Source: Balamuthia mandrillaris
Lineage: Eukaryota
NCBI GenBank assembly: GCA_031835245.2
Contig: JAVKOQ020000068.1
Coordinates: forward strand, 124,001 to 188,000
DNA: 64,000 bases
Reading direction: 5' to 3'
In this document: in pieces, positions 38,896-51,822 of the stretch
Layout: the number at the start of each line of letters is the position of its first letter
How positions within the stretch are numbered: the stretch's first letter is position 1
Program-made: the position numbers and the translations under genes
Notes under the pieces: model-generated
Database searches by the model: none
What the model saw: the letters and a program-made list of their open reading frames with translations, nothing else
Told to the model about the DNA's origin: nothing

Positions 38896-39379
38896 ATGAA
38901 CAAGGCTTCTTCTTCGGCTCAAACCACCCGGCAAACAAGGAACCAAAGAACGACCGGAGGTGGTGGTTCTTCAGCCGAGGTTACGTCCAACAAGGCATGC
39001 TGGGGTTCTTTCCCGTCCTCTTCCTCCTCCCCATCAATTGGCACTTATTACAGACAAGCCCCCGAACCACGACCACAAACTCAAACAACAAGTGGTGCTA
39101 CTAGCGGAGGAGGAGCAAGAGGGAGAGGGAGAGGGAGAGGAAGAGGAAAAGCGGGTGAAAGAGGGAGAGGAATGACAGAACGAGTGGAAACGGAGGTACA
39201 ACGGGGAAGGGTGACGCCGGTGGAAGAGTGGGCTGGCAAAGTGGTGAAGATCATTTCTGGAGGGGAGACGGGAGCGGACCGGGCTGGCTTGGAGGCCGGA
39301 CGCCTTCTTGGCATTGCCACCGGTGGCACTGCCCCTAAAAACTTTCGCACTGAGCAAGGTACTAAATAAGAAGAGCAAG

Positions 39380-39419
<40 letters not shown>

Positions 39420-40067
39420 GCAAGGGAGAAGAGCTACTGACGAGTTTGACTTGTAGGTTCAGATCCAACGCTGAAAAGATTGTTTGGGCTGACAGCAGAA
39501 GGCGACCTGGGCTTTGCTGAAACAACTCGGAAGGTACACACGACAAAAAACACAACACTTAACTTAATTGCATTCACTAACCACTTTAAAAAAAAGAATG
39601 TGGATGATGCAGATGGGACCATTGCCTTTCGTTTGCATGAAGGCAACGGCACCGACAAGACCATTGGCTGGGCGCACTTGCGGTTACTCCGTTTGCTCCT
39701 CTATCATCGTTATTTTTGGTTTTTTTGCTCACATTGTTAACACTTGCATACAAAGGCAGTGGAGCTATGGGCCATGGAGAGGGCAAAGCAAGGAAGATGG
39801 ATGGAGGCCCGTGTTGGTGATCGATGATGTAAGCGACGAGCGGATGGAAGAGAACTGCCGATGCATCCATGACTGGGTTGTTCGCAACAAGCTGGCCATC
39901 ATCAACATCGCTGGTATTGTTTCTTCTTTATTGAAGGTATTTCGTTCTGATCTGAACAGCGTGTTGACTGATATACAGGGCATCGCAAGACAACGAGTGG
40001 ATTAGGTGAAACTTATGCGCAGCAAATAACGAAGATGCTGCAGCGTGCCCTTGCTGACCTTGCATAG
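38896..40067 (+). CDS. cpYpsA SLOG-family ('putative molybdenum carrier') protein, copy A, RG-rich N-terminus, 5 exons
   Basis: KIISGGETGADRAGLEAG..GIATGGTAP, NVDDADGTIAF, GTDKT, RPVLVID and INIAGHRK. Confidence 0.85.
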
Positions 40068-40427
40068 GAAAAGGAGAAACTATACACAAAGCGCACACTT
40101 TTAAAAAAACCAGAGATCAAGCCGTCAGCACAGAGAACGGACTTATATGGAACCAAATAGGTGTTCAATAGAACCACATGTTCCCTCTTTCTCTTTCTCC
40201 ACATCCTTCCCCGAGACGGCTCCACCCTCACAGACCGTAACCTGTTGCAAGTTGTTCATTGGACAAGTTTACAATGTAAAATTAATTATATAACTTTTAT
40301 ATAATTCTTGGAAATATTTTAAACACAAATGATCTTTGCGCCGCCTTACTACTATACCGCCATCAGCAAAGACAGGGCCAGCAGCAGGTAACCAAAAGGT
40401 TCAGCATTTACCTGCTCGTGGAAGAAA

Positions 40428-41611
40428 ATGAAAAGAGGAGCGGCCAGTCAGCAGCGTCATAATGATAAGGGGGAGGACGAGGCCTCAGCGCGCACGCACC
40501 AGAGAAGGAACAAGAGAACGAGTGGCGGTGGGGGTCGGCCTGACGAAAAGGGCTGGGGTTCCTCGTCCTCCGTCGCAGCGAGGGCCGCCTACTCCAGACG
40601 AGAAGACGAACCACAAACACGAGCACAACAAAGAGGTGGTAATGGATATAGAGGAAGAGGCGGAAGGGGACGAGGAAGAGGACGTGGGGGAGAAAGCGGA
40701 ACCGAAGAAACACCTGTAGAGAGGGGAAGGGTAACGCCGGTGGAAGAGTGGGCTGGCAAAGTGGTCAAGATTATCTCTGGCGGCCAGACGGGAGCGGACC
40801 GGGCTGGCTTGGAGGCCGGACGCCTTCTTGGCATTGCCACCGGTGGCACTGCCCCTAGCAACTTTCTCACGGAGCGCGGTACTACTCACCCCCTGCGCCA
40901 TGGCTCCGTCATGCATGGAGAAAATGAGAGTGAGAGAGACAAGAGACGAAAGAGAAGAGAGGACTAACAAGTATGAAACGATAGGTCCAGACCAGACGCT
41001 GAAAAGGTTGTTTGGGCTGACAGCAGATGGTGACCTAAGCTATGCCGCCCGTACTCGCAAGGTACCTACGACCACCCATCAAAAAAGCAAGATAAAGGAA
41101 CAAACTCAAATAGCAAAGAACGTGGATGATGCAGATGGGACCATTGCCTTTCGTTTACACGAAGGCAACGGCACCGACAAGACCATTGGCTGGGCACACT
41201 TGCGGTACTCTTGTTGTGTTTTTTTGCTATGCCGTTCTTCTCTATCGTTTTGGTTTGTTTCTAACACAAATGTATCGTATTGTAGGAAATGGAGCTATGG
41301 GCCATGGAGAGGGCAAAGCAAGGAAGATGGATGGCGACCTGTCCTGGTGATTGACGATGTAAGCGACGAGCGGATGGAAGAGAACTGCCGATGCATTCAT
41401 GACTGGGTTGTTCGCAACCAAATCGCCATCATCAACATCGCTGGTACTGTTTTGTTGCAACTTCACACATGTAAGCTTGTTTCTTTGAGCATTGGACTTA
41501 CTGTTTAGTCGCTGTCCGTCAGGGCATAGGGAGACAACGAGTGGGATGGGAGAAGTTTATGCACAACAAGTCACCAAGATGCTGCAGCTTGCGCTGGCCG
41601 ACCTTGCGTAA
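40428..41611 (+). CDS. cpYpsA SLOG-family protein, copy B, RG-rich N-terminus, 5 exons
   Basis: KIISGGQTGADRAGLEAG, YAARTRKNVDDADGTIAF and INIAGHRE. Same intron positions as copy A. Confidence 0.88.
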
Positions 41612-41751
41612 AGCCATCAGGCAACCTAACAAAGCTACCAACAGGCGGAGCTGCCTACTGGGGTAGGCAACGTACGAATGCTGCGTTTGTTGGCTGATGT
41701 GAAGATCTCTAGAGCATTACAACATAAAATAGCTAAACATAATCAACAACT

Positions 41752-41823
41752 TCCCCTGTGGTGTAGTCGGCAGCACTTCCGCCTGTCACGCGGACAACCC
41801 GGGTTCGATTCCCGGCGGGGGAG
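41752..41823 (+). tRNA. tRNA-Asp (GTC)
   Basis: Cloverleaf: acceptor TCCCCTG/CGGGGGA, anticodon arm TCCGC-CTGTCAC-GCGGA, T arm CCGGG-TTCGATT-CCCGG, downstream oligo-T. Confidence 0.95.
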
Positions 41824-41941
41824 TTATCTTTTTTGGTTTTTCTTGCTTTCCTCCGGTGATCGCCAGTTCAATCCCTGGAGCTCACTATTTTTTTTTTGAA
41901 TTTTTTTTTTTTCGTGCAAACCAATCCATATAGTGTGACAG

Positions 41942-42310
41942 ATGAGCGCCGCTGTAGGTTGTTGTGAAGAGGAGGAGACACACACCACAACGAAGCCGCA
42001 TGGAGAGCTGGGCGAGCGGGTGCACCAGCTGGAAAGAGAATGCGCAGAGCTTCGCTCCTCGATGAACCTTTTGTTGAGCCGTGTTCGCCAGTTGGAACGG
42101 CTGGAGGCAGAGGACGAGGAGGAGGAAAGTGAAGGGGCCACCAAGAAGAAGAACAAGAAGAGGGGAAGGAGTCAACGGCGCCATGGCAAAAGAGACGACG
42201 AGAACGGTTCCACAGGGCTCACTCGACGCAAACAGATCATGGTCTACTTCATGACCTGTCTGGGCCTCTTCCTCATCTACTCCTTCTCTCTTTCCAGTAT
42301 TTTCAGTTGA
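41942..42310 (+). CDS. Small coiled-coil protein with C-terminal transmembrane segment (tail-anchored-like)
   Basis: 122-aa ORF with heptad repeat LGERVHQLERECAELRSSM and hydrophobic C-terminus. Confidence 0.6.
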   Translation: MSAAVGCCEEEETHTTTKPHGELGERVHQLERECAELRSSMNLLLSRVRQLERLEAEDEEEESEGATKKKNKKRGRSQRRHGKRDDENGSTGLTRRKQIMVYFMTCLGLFLIYSFSLSSIFS

Positions 42311-42497
42311 TTATGTTTCTGTGTCTGTCGATCGTCATTCATGATCAGCTCGACAAAAAGATTTTCATTTTTGATGAAGAGAGAAAGAAGAGTCAAACAA
42401 GTCATGCCTTTCTTCTTCTCCTTCTTCAACAAAAAACAAATGTATAAAAATAATATAGTTTTGTTAAAAGACTATAGTGTAGAAAAGAAAATAAAGA

Positions 42498-44504
42498 TCA
42501 GCGAACGACATGTGTGGGAAGGGGGAGGCGCATGTCCCAAAAGGAAGGACCCACTTGGCTGATGAACCCTCCCCCCAAACAGGCCTGCCCATCGTAGAAC
42601 GCAACGCTTTGCTGCATGGTGACGGCTCGTTTGGGTCGCTCCAGCTGAACTTGAAAAGAGGAGGAGGAGGAAGGATCAGCGGTTGTGGAAGAGTTTGGTA
42701 AAGAGGAGAGAGGGATGAGAGTGCAGGAAGAAAGCTCTTGTGTGTTGCGTATTCGGTATTGACAGTTTATAAACTTTTGTTCCTGGTTGGATATTATTAG
42801 CAAAAGAGAGAAGACAGCAGAGAAGAAAAAGAAAGAATGAACACAGCAGACGAAAAAAAAAATAAATAGAAGAAAGCAGAAGAGGGAATCTACCTCTAAG
42901 ATCTTGGGAGCTTCACCAGCGATCCAATGTACCTTGTCAACGTTAAACCTGTTTACATAAAGGCTTGGATGGCGCTGTCCTCCTCCTAAATATACAGTGT
43001 TACTCTCCTTGTCCTTTGCGACAACATACATCCTGTTTTAAAAAGTGATTATAAGCGAATGAGTAACAAGCATAGAATTGCAAAGAAGAGCGAAGAGAGC
43101 AGAAAGTAAAGCAGAGAACAAAACAAGAATAAAACAGAAGTATGAGAAAGGTAAGGGTACTTTTGAGCACAACCAGGAACACGAGCTCCTTGGCCTATCG
43201 TGTACAGACAAAAGCCATCATGCTGCCCTATTTATCACAAAAGTTTTTCAATGTTAGTTTTAACTTATTTACACGGAGCTCAACAAACCGAACAACACCT
43301 AATATATCGTTACTGTCAATATCCCTGAAAGGTCCTGGCTTTGTGTCTAGGTATTGCTCTACATGAACGATAAGGGAAATCAGACCATGAAAGACAGCAC
43401 GTAGTAGTAGAAGAAGAAGAACAAAAAGAAGACGATGATGAAGCAAGGTAACTAAAGAAATGACAAGAAAGCAGAAGGAAGCGAATCTCACGTATAAAGG
43501 TTGGAAAGTCACGACGTCCGATGAAACAAATGCCACTGCTAGACTTTTTGGTGGCTTGATGATCGAATCCCTCTTTCTGAGCGATGCTGCGCACTTGCTC
43601 TTTGGTCATTTCACCCACTGGAAATATCATCCGCCGAAGAGCAGCTTGAGGAACGCCCATCAGCCAAAACGTTTGATCTTTACATTCATCTACACCTCTC
43701 CACAGCTGCACTCTTCCTTTCTTGCCGTCTTCATCATCTTCCTCAAAGATGCGGGCGTAATGTCCTGTTTGTATTTTTAGAAAGTGAGCAGAGAAGAAAT
43801 GAAGAAGAGCAAGAGAACAAGAACACATGCACAAACCAGTGGCAATGTAATCAACGTCCTCCCACCGCTCCAAACAATGGTTAACAAAGTGCTTAAACTT
43901 GATCTCCATGTTGCAAAGGCTGTCTGGGTTCAACGTGTGGCCCTCCCGCACGCTCTCCACCAACGGCATGAAGACCTCCATCCAGTACTCCCTCACCAGC
44001 TCCACTCTTCCCAGCAAGGGCACCCCCAGCCGCGCGCAGAGCCGCCTCACCTCGGCGTAGTCCCTGTCGGCCTCGCACTCGCCTCCCTCTCTCTCCTCCT
44101 GCCGGTCCCAATTCTTCATGAAGAGCGCTTTCACGTTGAACCCTTTTCTCTTCAACAGCAGTGCGCTGACGGTAGAATCCACTCCACCTTTTTTTTTGGG
44201 TCAGCAAAAAGAAAGAAAGCACGAAGAAGAAAATAACAAAGAGACCTGACATGGCGACAATCACTTTGATGTCAGCAGCTCTTCGGCCATCGAGCCGTTG
44301 ATGCTTGGCGAGGAGATGGTCCAACGTGCGAAGGTGTCCTCCGTGGGTTGCTGTGGTGGAGAAAAACGCCATGGCGGGGCGGCTGGAGAGAAAGCGATGC
44401 AGGCGGAGGTGGTCATGGTGCAGCGGTCCCTTTCCTTTCCACCGATGCCAAGCGTTGGAAGAGAAACGACCGAACCATCCGCTACGCTTTTGTGCCGCCT
44501 TCAT
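42498..44504 (-). CDS. TRMU: Mitochondrial tRNA-specific 2-thiouridylase MnmA/TRMU
   Basis: VAMSGGVDS, MKNWD, NPDSLCNMEIKF, ATGHYAR, KDQTF and SSGICFIG. Presequence-like N-terminus. Confidence 0.93.
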
Positions 44505-44690
44505 CTCTTTCTCGCTTCTTCGGTCTGCAAAATTCCACACATTGCGGTCATTTTTGGCATTTTTCCTCTTCCCAACATTCTTGTAATATTTAGAATATTT
44601 ATCATTCCAAGCGTGCCTTGAATTCTCATGTCGACTTTTAAGCAAACCTAATAGGTAAACTTCTTAAAAAAATTTGAAGAAAACAAAAAG

Positions 44691-45194
44691 ATGGAAGAAG
44701 AGAGGAAGAAGCTGGTGTTGCGCCTCTCCCTCTCCAAGAAGACCACCGTGGAAGAGGCCGTCACGATGCAGGCCACAACGACCGCGCAAGATCAGCAGCA
44801 GCAACAACCACAACCACCACAGGAACGCAAGCAAAAAAGGAGGACAAAGGAGAAGAAAAGAAGAAAACGAGAGCAAGCGGCGGCAGGGGAGGATGGAAAG
44901 GCCTCGTCCTCCTCCTCTTCCTCCGAGTCCTCCTCAGAGGGAGAAGAAGAAGAATCCAGCAGCAGTAGCGCTGCTAGGAAGCGAAGACACAGACACAAGA
45001 AGAAACACAAAAAGCACGGCAAATCCAAAGAGCAGGACAAAGAGAAGGAGAAAGGCAAGGCCACCGCTGCTACTCCCGCTGAGCTCTTGGGCGAAGTCGA
45101 TGAAAATGACGTAGAACGGATCGTCATTGGTACCATCTTCCTCTCCTTTCTTCTTCTCTCCCTTCTCCCTCTTTGCCTCCCTACCTCTCCCTCT

Positions 45195-45235
<41 letters not shown>

Positions 45236-45324
45236 TAGCTCTCTCTCTCCCTCTCTCTAGCTCTCTCTCCCTCATCGCCCTCTCTTCTCTCTCTCTCTCT
45301 CTCTCTTCTTTCTCTCTCTCTCTT

Positions 45325-45366
<42 letters not shown>

Positions 45367-47910
45367 CGCTCTTCTCTCTATCTTATGCTAACTATCTCTC
45401 CATCAGTGCCAAAAGCAGCGCGGGAGGCAGAGTTGGAAGAGAAGGCCCTCCAAGAGGACGAGGAGATCCGCTCTCTCCGCGGCAACGACCAAGCCCTAGC
45501 CCAGTTCAACCTCTTTGGCCAGCGCTGCTTTGCCGGGATGGAGCTCAAGGAGGACCACGCCTCTCGCCCCATTTGGGTCTGCCCCGACCACCACATCTTC
45601 CTCGAGACCTACTCCCCCATCTACCAGCAGGCCTACGACTTTTTGATCGCCATCTCGGAGCCCGTTTGTCGGCCGCCCTTCATGCATGAGTACCGGCTCA
45701 CTCCGTACTCCTTGTACGCGGCGGTGTCGGTGGGCTTGGAGTCGGAGGACATCATTAAGGTGCTGGACCGGCTGTCCAAGGTGAGGCTGCCGGAGAGCAT
45801 CAAGCGGTTCATCCGCAGCTGTACGCTGAGTTATGGCAAGGTCAAGCTGGTACTACAGCACAACAAGTACTTTGTGGAGAGCCGCTATCCGGACATTCTG
45901 CAGCGGCTGCTAAAGGATACGGTGATAGCGAAAGCGCGAGTCAAACCTTCCTCTTCTTCTGGTGCTGGTTCATCGACACAAGGAGATGGTTTGATTACTT
46001 CGGTAGCGCCTCAGGCGTTTAAAATACCAGGAGGTACTGGCACGCTTGATAACAAAAGCTTGTTGAAAGACTCTTCTGCGTCATCTTCCTCTTCTGCTTT
46101 GAATCAACCGTTGATGAGGGGAGGTGAAGAGGATGACTTGGCAAGAAAGCTTAACGACGCAGATGAGGATGAGGATCAAGTAGACTCTGTGCAACACACG
46201 CTGCACTCCTTTGAGATAGACAACAGTCAGGTGGAATTTGTGAAGCGGCGGTGCATCGAGTTGGATTATCCTATGTTGGAAGAGTACGACTTCAGAAACG
46301 ACACGCACAATCCGAATGTGCCTATCGACTTGAAACCCACCACACAAATCCGGCCTTACCAGGAAAAAAGCTTGAGCAAAATGTTTGGAGATGGGTTAGT
46401 ATTTCTTCTGTTCTTCGTTATCGTTCTCCTTTCTTTTTCTGCTCACTCAACCTTATATTTCTCTTTCGTTCTCTACAAAACCAGACGAGCTCGTTCAGGC
46501 ATTATTGTGCTTCCTTGTGGAGCAGGCAAAAGCTTGGTGGGGGTGACAGCCACCAGTACTGTCAAAAAGAGCACCATCGTGCTTTGCACCTCCTCTGTTT
46601 CTGTTGAGCAGTGGCGCCACCAGTTCAAGCTCTGGAGCAACGTGGAGGATCGTTACCTCACCCGCTTCACCTCCGAGCAAAAAGACAAGTTCAATCCAGA
46701 TGAACCAGGCATCGTCATCACCACCTACACGATGATCGCCTTTGGAGGTAAACGCTCCAAAGACAGCGAGAAGATCATGAGACAGCTGCGAGAGCGTGAA
46801 TGGGGTTTGCTGGTGTTGGATGAAGTACACGTTGTCCCTGCTAAAATGTTTCGTAAGGTCATCTACGTGACAGCCGCTCACTGCAAGTTGGGACTGACCG
46901 CCACACTGTTGCGAGAGGACTCGAGTATCGATGACCTTAACTTCCTCATCGGCCCCAAACTCTATGAGGCCAACTGGATGGACTTGCAGAGGGCAGGTCA
47001 CTTGGCAAACGTCCAGTGTGCAGAGGTATGGTGCACCATGCCTCCTGAGTTCTTCAGGGAATACATCAAGGCTTCCCCAAGGAAACGCAAAATGCTCTAC
47101 GTCATGAATCCCAACAAGTTCAGAGCCACTCAATTCCTTATCCAGTATCACGAGGCCAGAGGAGACAAGATCATTGTCTTCTCAGATAACGTCCTCGCCC
47201 TGCAGACCTACGCTCGTCGGCTGGGCAAGCCCTACATCTACGGCCCTACCTCTGGCACGGAGCGCATGCGTGTCTTCTCCCAGTTTCAGTACAACCCAGC
47301 CCTGAAGACCATCTTCGTCTCCAAAGTAGGCGACACCTCCATCGATTTGCCCGCAGCCAACGTCATTATTCAGATCTCCTCTCACTTTGGTTCTCGACGA
47401 CAAGAAGCGCAACGGCTCGGTCGTATCCTTCGTCCCAAGGCTCGCACGGACAACGTGGAGTTCAACGCCTTCTTCTACTCCATCGTCTCCAAGGACACAC
47501 AGGAAATGTATTACTCCACCAAGCGGCAGCAGTTCCTTATCGACCAGGGCTACAGCTTCAAGGTCATCTCCGACCTACCGATGGACGACAGCGACAACCT
47601 TTGCTTCAGCAGCAAGCAGGAACAGCTGGAGCTGTTGCAGCAGGTCCTGGCGGAGAGCGACGAGGCGGCGGCGGATGAGATGGAGGAGGCGGATGAGGAC
47701 AGTGACGAGGATGAGAAGGCCTTGTTGGCGGCCTCCCGCCCGGCGGCTCGACGCGTGGTGGGATCCATGAAGAACCTCTCGGGAGGAGATAGCCTGCAGT
47801 ATCTCGAGTACAAGAAGGGAGAACGTTCCAGTTCTTCGGGAGTGTATGCTCGCCCGCAAGTGCGGCACAACCTGTTCAAGAAGCGGTACACCAAACCGGC
47901 CAACAAGTAA
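44691..47910 (+). CDS. ERCC3: TFIIH helicase/translocase XPB (Ssl2)
   Basis: [35 protein letters not shown] and [14 protein letters not shown]. Introns at about 45130-45405 and 46394-46484. Confidence 0.97.
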
Positions 47911-48677
47911 CGATGGTGACCTTCCAGTGGCATGCCAAGCGAAGAAGAAAAGCAATCAAACAAGAAAAAAAAACCCTCGTAGTTGAAGATCAAAGTTGTT
48001 TGTAAAAAAAAAGGAACTAGCGCTTGATAGAACTATTTTCTCGGCAGCGTGCCTTCCTGCCTTGGCAGATTGAGCTTCAACGTCCTCCTTCCTGCCTTGC
48101 TCAGATTCGTCCTCCTTCCTGCCTTGCGGGTGCACAATTCCATATCGATGAGAAGCGATAATTGATGATTATTTCCGATTTATTGAATTTGGAACAACAA
48201 ATGGCTGCAATAATCGATTGGTGTCCAAACTATTGGAGAAGCTGTTCAGAGGGCGAGGTCGTTTTGACCAGCATTCCTGCACAAATGCGAAACAACAACA
48301 AAAAAAAAAGTGAAAGAGAAGAGAGAGCACCGTCGATCACGGACAGGGCTTGCCAAGCTTTTTTTTTTCCCCGAGGCTTTGAACCTCTAACCTTTTACGA
48401 CTATTTGCAAGGTAGTGTACCGTCTTTTATTGATTTTCTAATTATTATTTTTTTAAAAAAAATGAGAGACTTGGTTGTTTTGCTACTCCAAAAAGTTTCA
48501 GAGAGTTTTACCGGGATTGAGTTTTTTTTAAAAAAAAAATAGTTTTGGGTGACCATCCTTGCCCCTTGCTGCTGCTGCTGCTGCCTTTTCTTCGTGGCTT
48601 TGCTCGAGAAGCGAGAAAGCTATTTACTCCGCGAATAATTTGACCACAGCAAACGAGAGAGGGAGAGAGCGCTCCAG

Positions 48678-49253
48678 ATGGACCACTCCAAGGCAATGGA
48701 CATAACCAGCGATCCCACTGGCAGATATACCAAAGTGGTTCGTTCTCTCTACTCTGCTCTTTGCTCTTGTCCTTTTCTCTGCTCCTCTTTGCTCAAACAA
48801 CTCTTTTCAGGACCCGCCAGAGTTCATCTCTCCTTATATTCCCGTTCGTCGCATGTATCCTTTTTTTTTTTTTGCTCTCTTTTTTTTTTGGTTCATTTTT
48901 TTTATTTTTTCTTTTGTTTCTTTTTTTGTTTCTTTTCTTTCTCTTCTTTCATTCCTTCACTCTTTTTTTAAAAAAAAAAAGCTTTACAGCACTGGATACA
49001 GAACGTGCGACGGAAGTGGCTTGGACGGAGTACTCTGGCCTCAACCCCAAAACGTTGGCGGAGCTGGAGTCCAAGCTGAGCCTCTTGTTGAACATTTCGC
49101 ACCCCAACATTCTAACCTATCATACGGGTTGGATAGACAAGGAGAAAAGGACGTTGATTGTTATTACCGAGTTGATTGGAAACCTTGGCAAGTGAGTTTC
49201 TTGTTGTTGTTGTTCTTCTTCTTCTTCTTCTTCTTCTTGTTCTTCTTCTTGTT

Positions 49254-49284
<31 letters not shown>

Positions 49285-51423
49285 AGTTCTTTCATTATTC
49301 TCTTATAACGTCTCTTAAGCATCTCATTTTAAATTGTTTTATGTCCTTTTCATCATTCTCACCACTTTGCTTATGCGTTTTCTTTCTTTTCTTTCTTCTT
49401 CCTGTTCTTTTTCTTCTTCTTTGAGCACAACAGATTCCTTTCCAAGAGAATAGAAATGAAGTTATCTGTGATGAAAAGTTGGATCCGGCAAGTCCTCTCC
49501 GCTCTTCACTACCTTCACAATGAGATAAAGTTTATCCATCAGGACGTTCGTTGCGCCAACATATTTACGACCGGCGGAGGTGGCTCTGGCGCCAAAGTCA
49601 AGTTGGGAGGGCTTGAGCTCAGCATGTTGATCGAAAGAACGCATGCCAGTGAGTTTGAAGGTTTTTAATCTTCTTTTATTGTTTGAACTTCTGCTTCGTA
49701 TTTGGTGGTTTTACTGTCGGTTTGATAACTTTTTTTTGAGCATTCTATTTATTAAGAATGAGTTCTGCAACAAAACATGAAACTAACCGATGTATTTCGT
49801 CTTTTATTGGACAGCAACACCAGGATACATGGCCCCAGAGCGAGCGAATGCAGAGTGGGATGAGAAGGTGGACATTTATGCATTCGGCATGTGCGTTTTG
49901 GAAATGTTCACCTTTGAACTTCCCTATCATGAATGTCAAAACTCATTACAGATTCTTTCCAGACAAATGGCTGTACGTTAAACGTTTCTTTCTTTTCCTG
50001 TTTTGGTTGTTTTGTTCTTCCCCTGTTGTTAACTTTTGAGTTGCTTTTAGTTTCTCGTTATTTCGATGTTAACGATTCAACGCATAACAAACAGGGAATT
50101 AAGCCACCTTCCTTACAAAAGATAAAAGACCCTGAGGTCAGCGCCTTCATCGAACGGTGCCTCGAGTTCGACCCTCACAAACGGCCAACCGCTCTAGAGC
50201 TCTTAAACTCTTCCTTTCTAAACGTGGAGGGAGAGGCCTCTTCCGCTTCATCCTCTTCCTCTTCTTCTTACTCTGGTTCTGGCTCTGGCTCTGGCTCTCT
50301 TCCTGGTTCCGGTTATAACTCTGGGGTTACTTCTCCGTTGGCCAATTCGATGGTGGACCTTTTTGCTCCTGTAAAACTCTCCTCGGCAGGTAGCGCTTCT
50401 TTTGGAGGTACTGGAAACAGCTTCCAGTATCGCAGTCGTGCCTCTCCTCCTCCTTCTCGATCTTCCTCTCCTCCACCACCCTCTGCTTCTTCTGCTTCTC
50501 CTTCTTTAGCATCGTCTTCTTCTGGTTCTTCTTCTGCCTCTTCGCGAACACCTGGAAGTTCTCTCATTCGTGATCAAGGCAAATTGTACATTACACCAGG
50601 AAACAACAATGTTAATAATAACAGCCACACCAGCAACATGAACGCACATGTACATCAGCAAGGACCAAGTTCTTCTCACTCATTGAAGATTTATCATGGG
50701 GAGTATCCGCAGCGGCATGACGCCTATAACCATCAGTCGTTGTTGATGGTTTGTTACTTCTCGCCTTTTGCTTTCTTCTGTTGTTTTTCGTTTCTTTGTT
50801 GCTTCGTTTCTTCTACTTTTTTTCTTCTTTTCCAACTTTCCTTTCTTTAAAAATAGGATACATCAGAGGGAACACATGACACCTCTCTAAAGTGTTACCT
50901 ACCAGGCCAATACATCGAGGGCGACTCAGAGTGCATTCGTCTCTACCTCTCCGACATCTCCTCCGTCACTCAACTGATGGAAGAGATCCTGGAGGCTTTT
51001 GGGCTGCAACCTTCTGATCTCATCAAAGTGAAGTACAAGGACGAAGAATCCGACTTTGTGACCATCACCAAGAAGACGCAGATGCGAGAGCTCTACGATC
51101 ATGCTCTTTCTCTTCATGTCTATACGCGAGAGAGCGAGGAGCAAAGACTGAGGCCCTTCCTTCACCTCGGCATGGAAGAGAGAAGACGATGTCCAAGCAA
51201 CTCTTCCTCAAGCTTAAAACGAGGCAACAAAGAAGCCAAAGGAGGCGGCAGCGGCAGAAGAGTGAGAGATAGAAACAGAGACAGGGAGAAAGAGCGAGAG
51301 CGAGAGCGTGAAGATTATGGAGCCACAGAGGAAGAAGATGGGCTGGAGGAAGGAAGCAGTTCTGCCAGCGGAACGGTCAGCCCACGAAGCCGAAGCGGAA
51401 GCAGAAAAGAACAACCACAATAA
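48678..51423 (+). CDS. WNK/NRBP-like protein kinase (probable pseudokinase) with C-terminal PB1 domain
   Basis: [53 protein letters not shown] and [12 protein letters not shown]1-like [12 protein letters not shown]. Confidence 0.85.
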
Positions 51424-51822
51424 ACGCATAAAATGCAAAGACGAGCAGGCCTGCAGGGTTGTTGTGGGTGACTCGTCGTCGGCAGGGAGAATGAGGAGGG
51501 AGGAAGGGAACAAAGGGGAGCAGCGAGCGGGGAAGGCGGCACCCTCCTCCTGCCCTTTGCTCGTGCCACCACCTGCCAAACTCTCCGGCGGCCAGCGCTC
51601 CTGGAGGGGATCCTTGCCTCCCGAGTTTGGCCAGCTGATCGTCCTGTCGTGAGAGACAAAGAAGAGTCTAGAAAGAAGAGAAAAGAGAGAAGAGAGAGAC
51701 CTCACTCGGGAAATATTAGATACAATTCAAAATCATTTTCTTTATTCGTCCTCCAAGAGGAACTACAGTATTTTGGTACACATCAATGGCATTCTTTTCC
51801 TCTCTCTCGACTTTCGGTCCTC

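Noticed and set aside
48050..48128. Repeat-spacer pattern as a possible CRISPR array
   Set aside because: Only three short unequal repeats, spacers too short, eukaryotic context and no cas genes.
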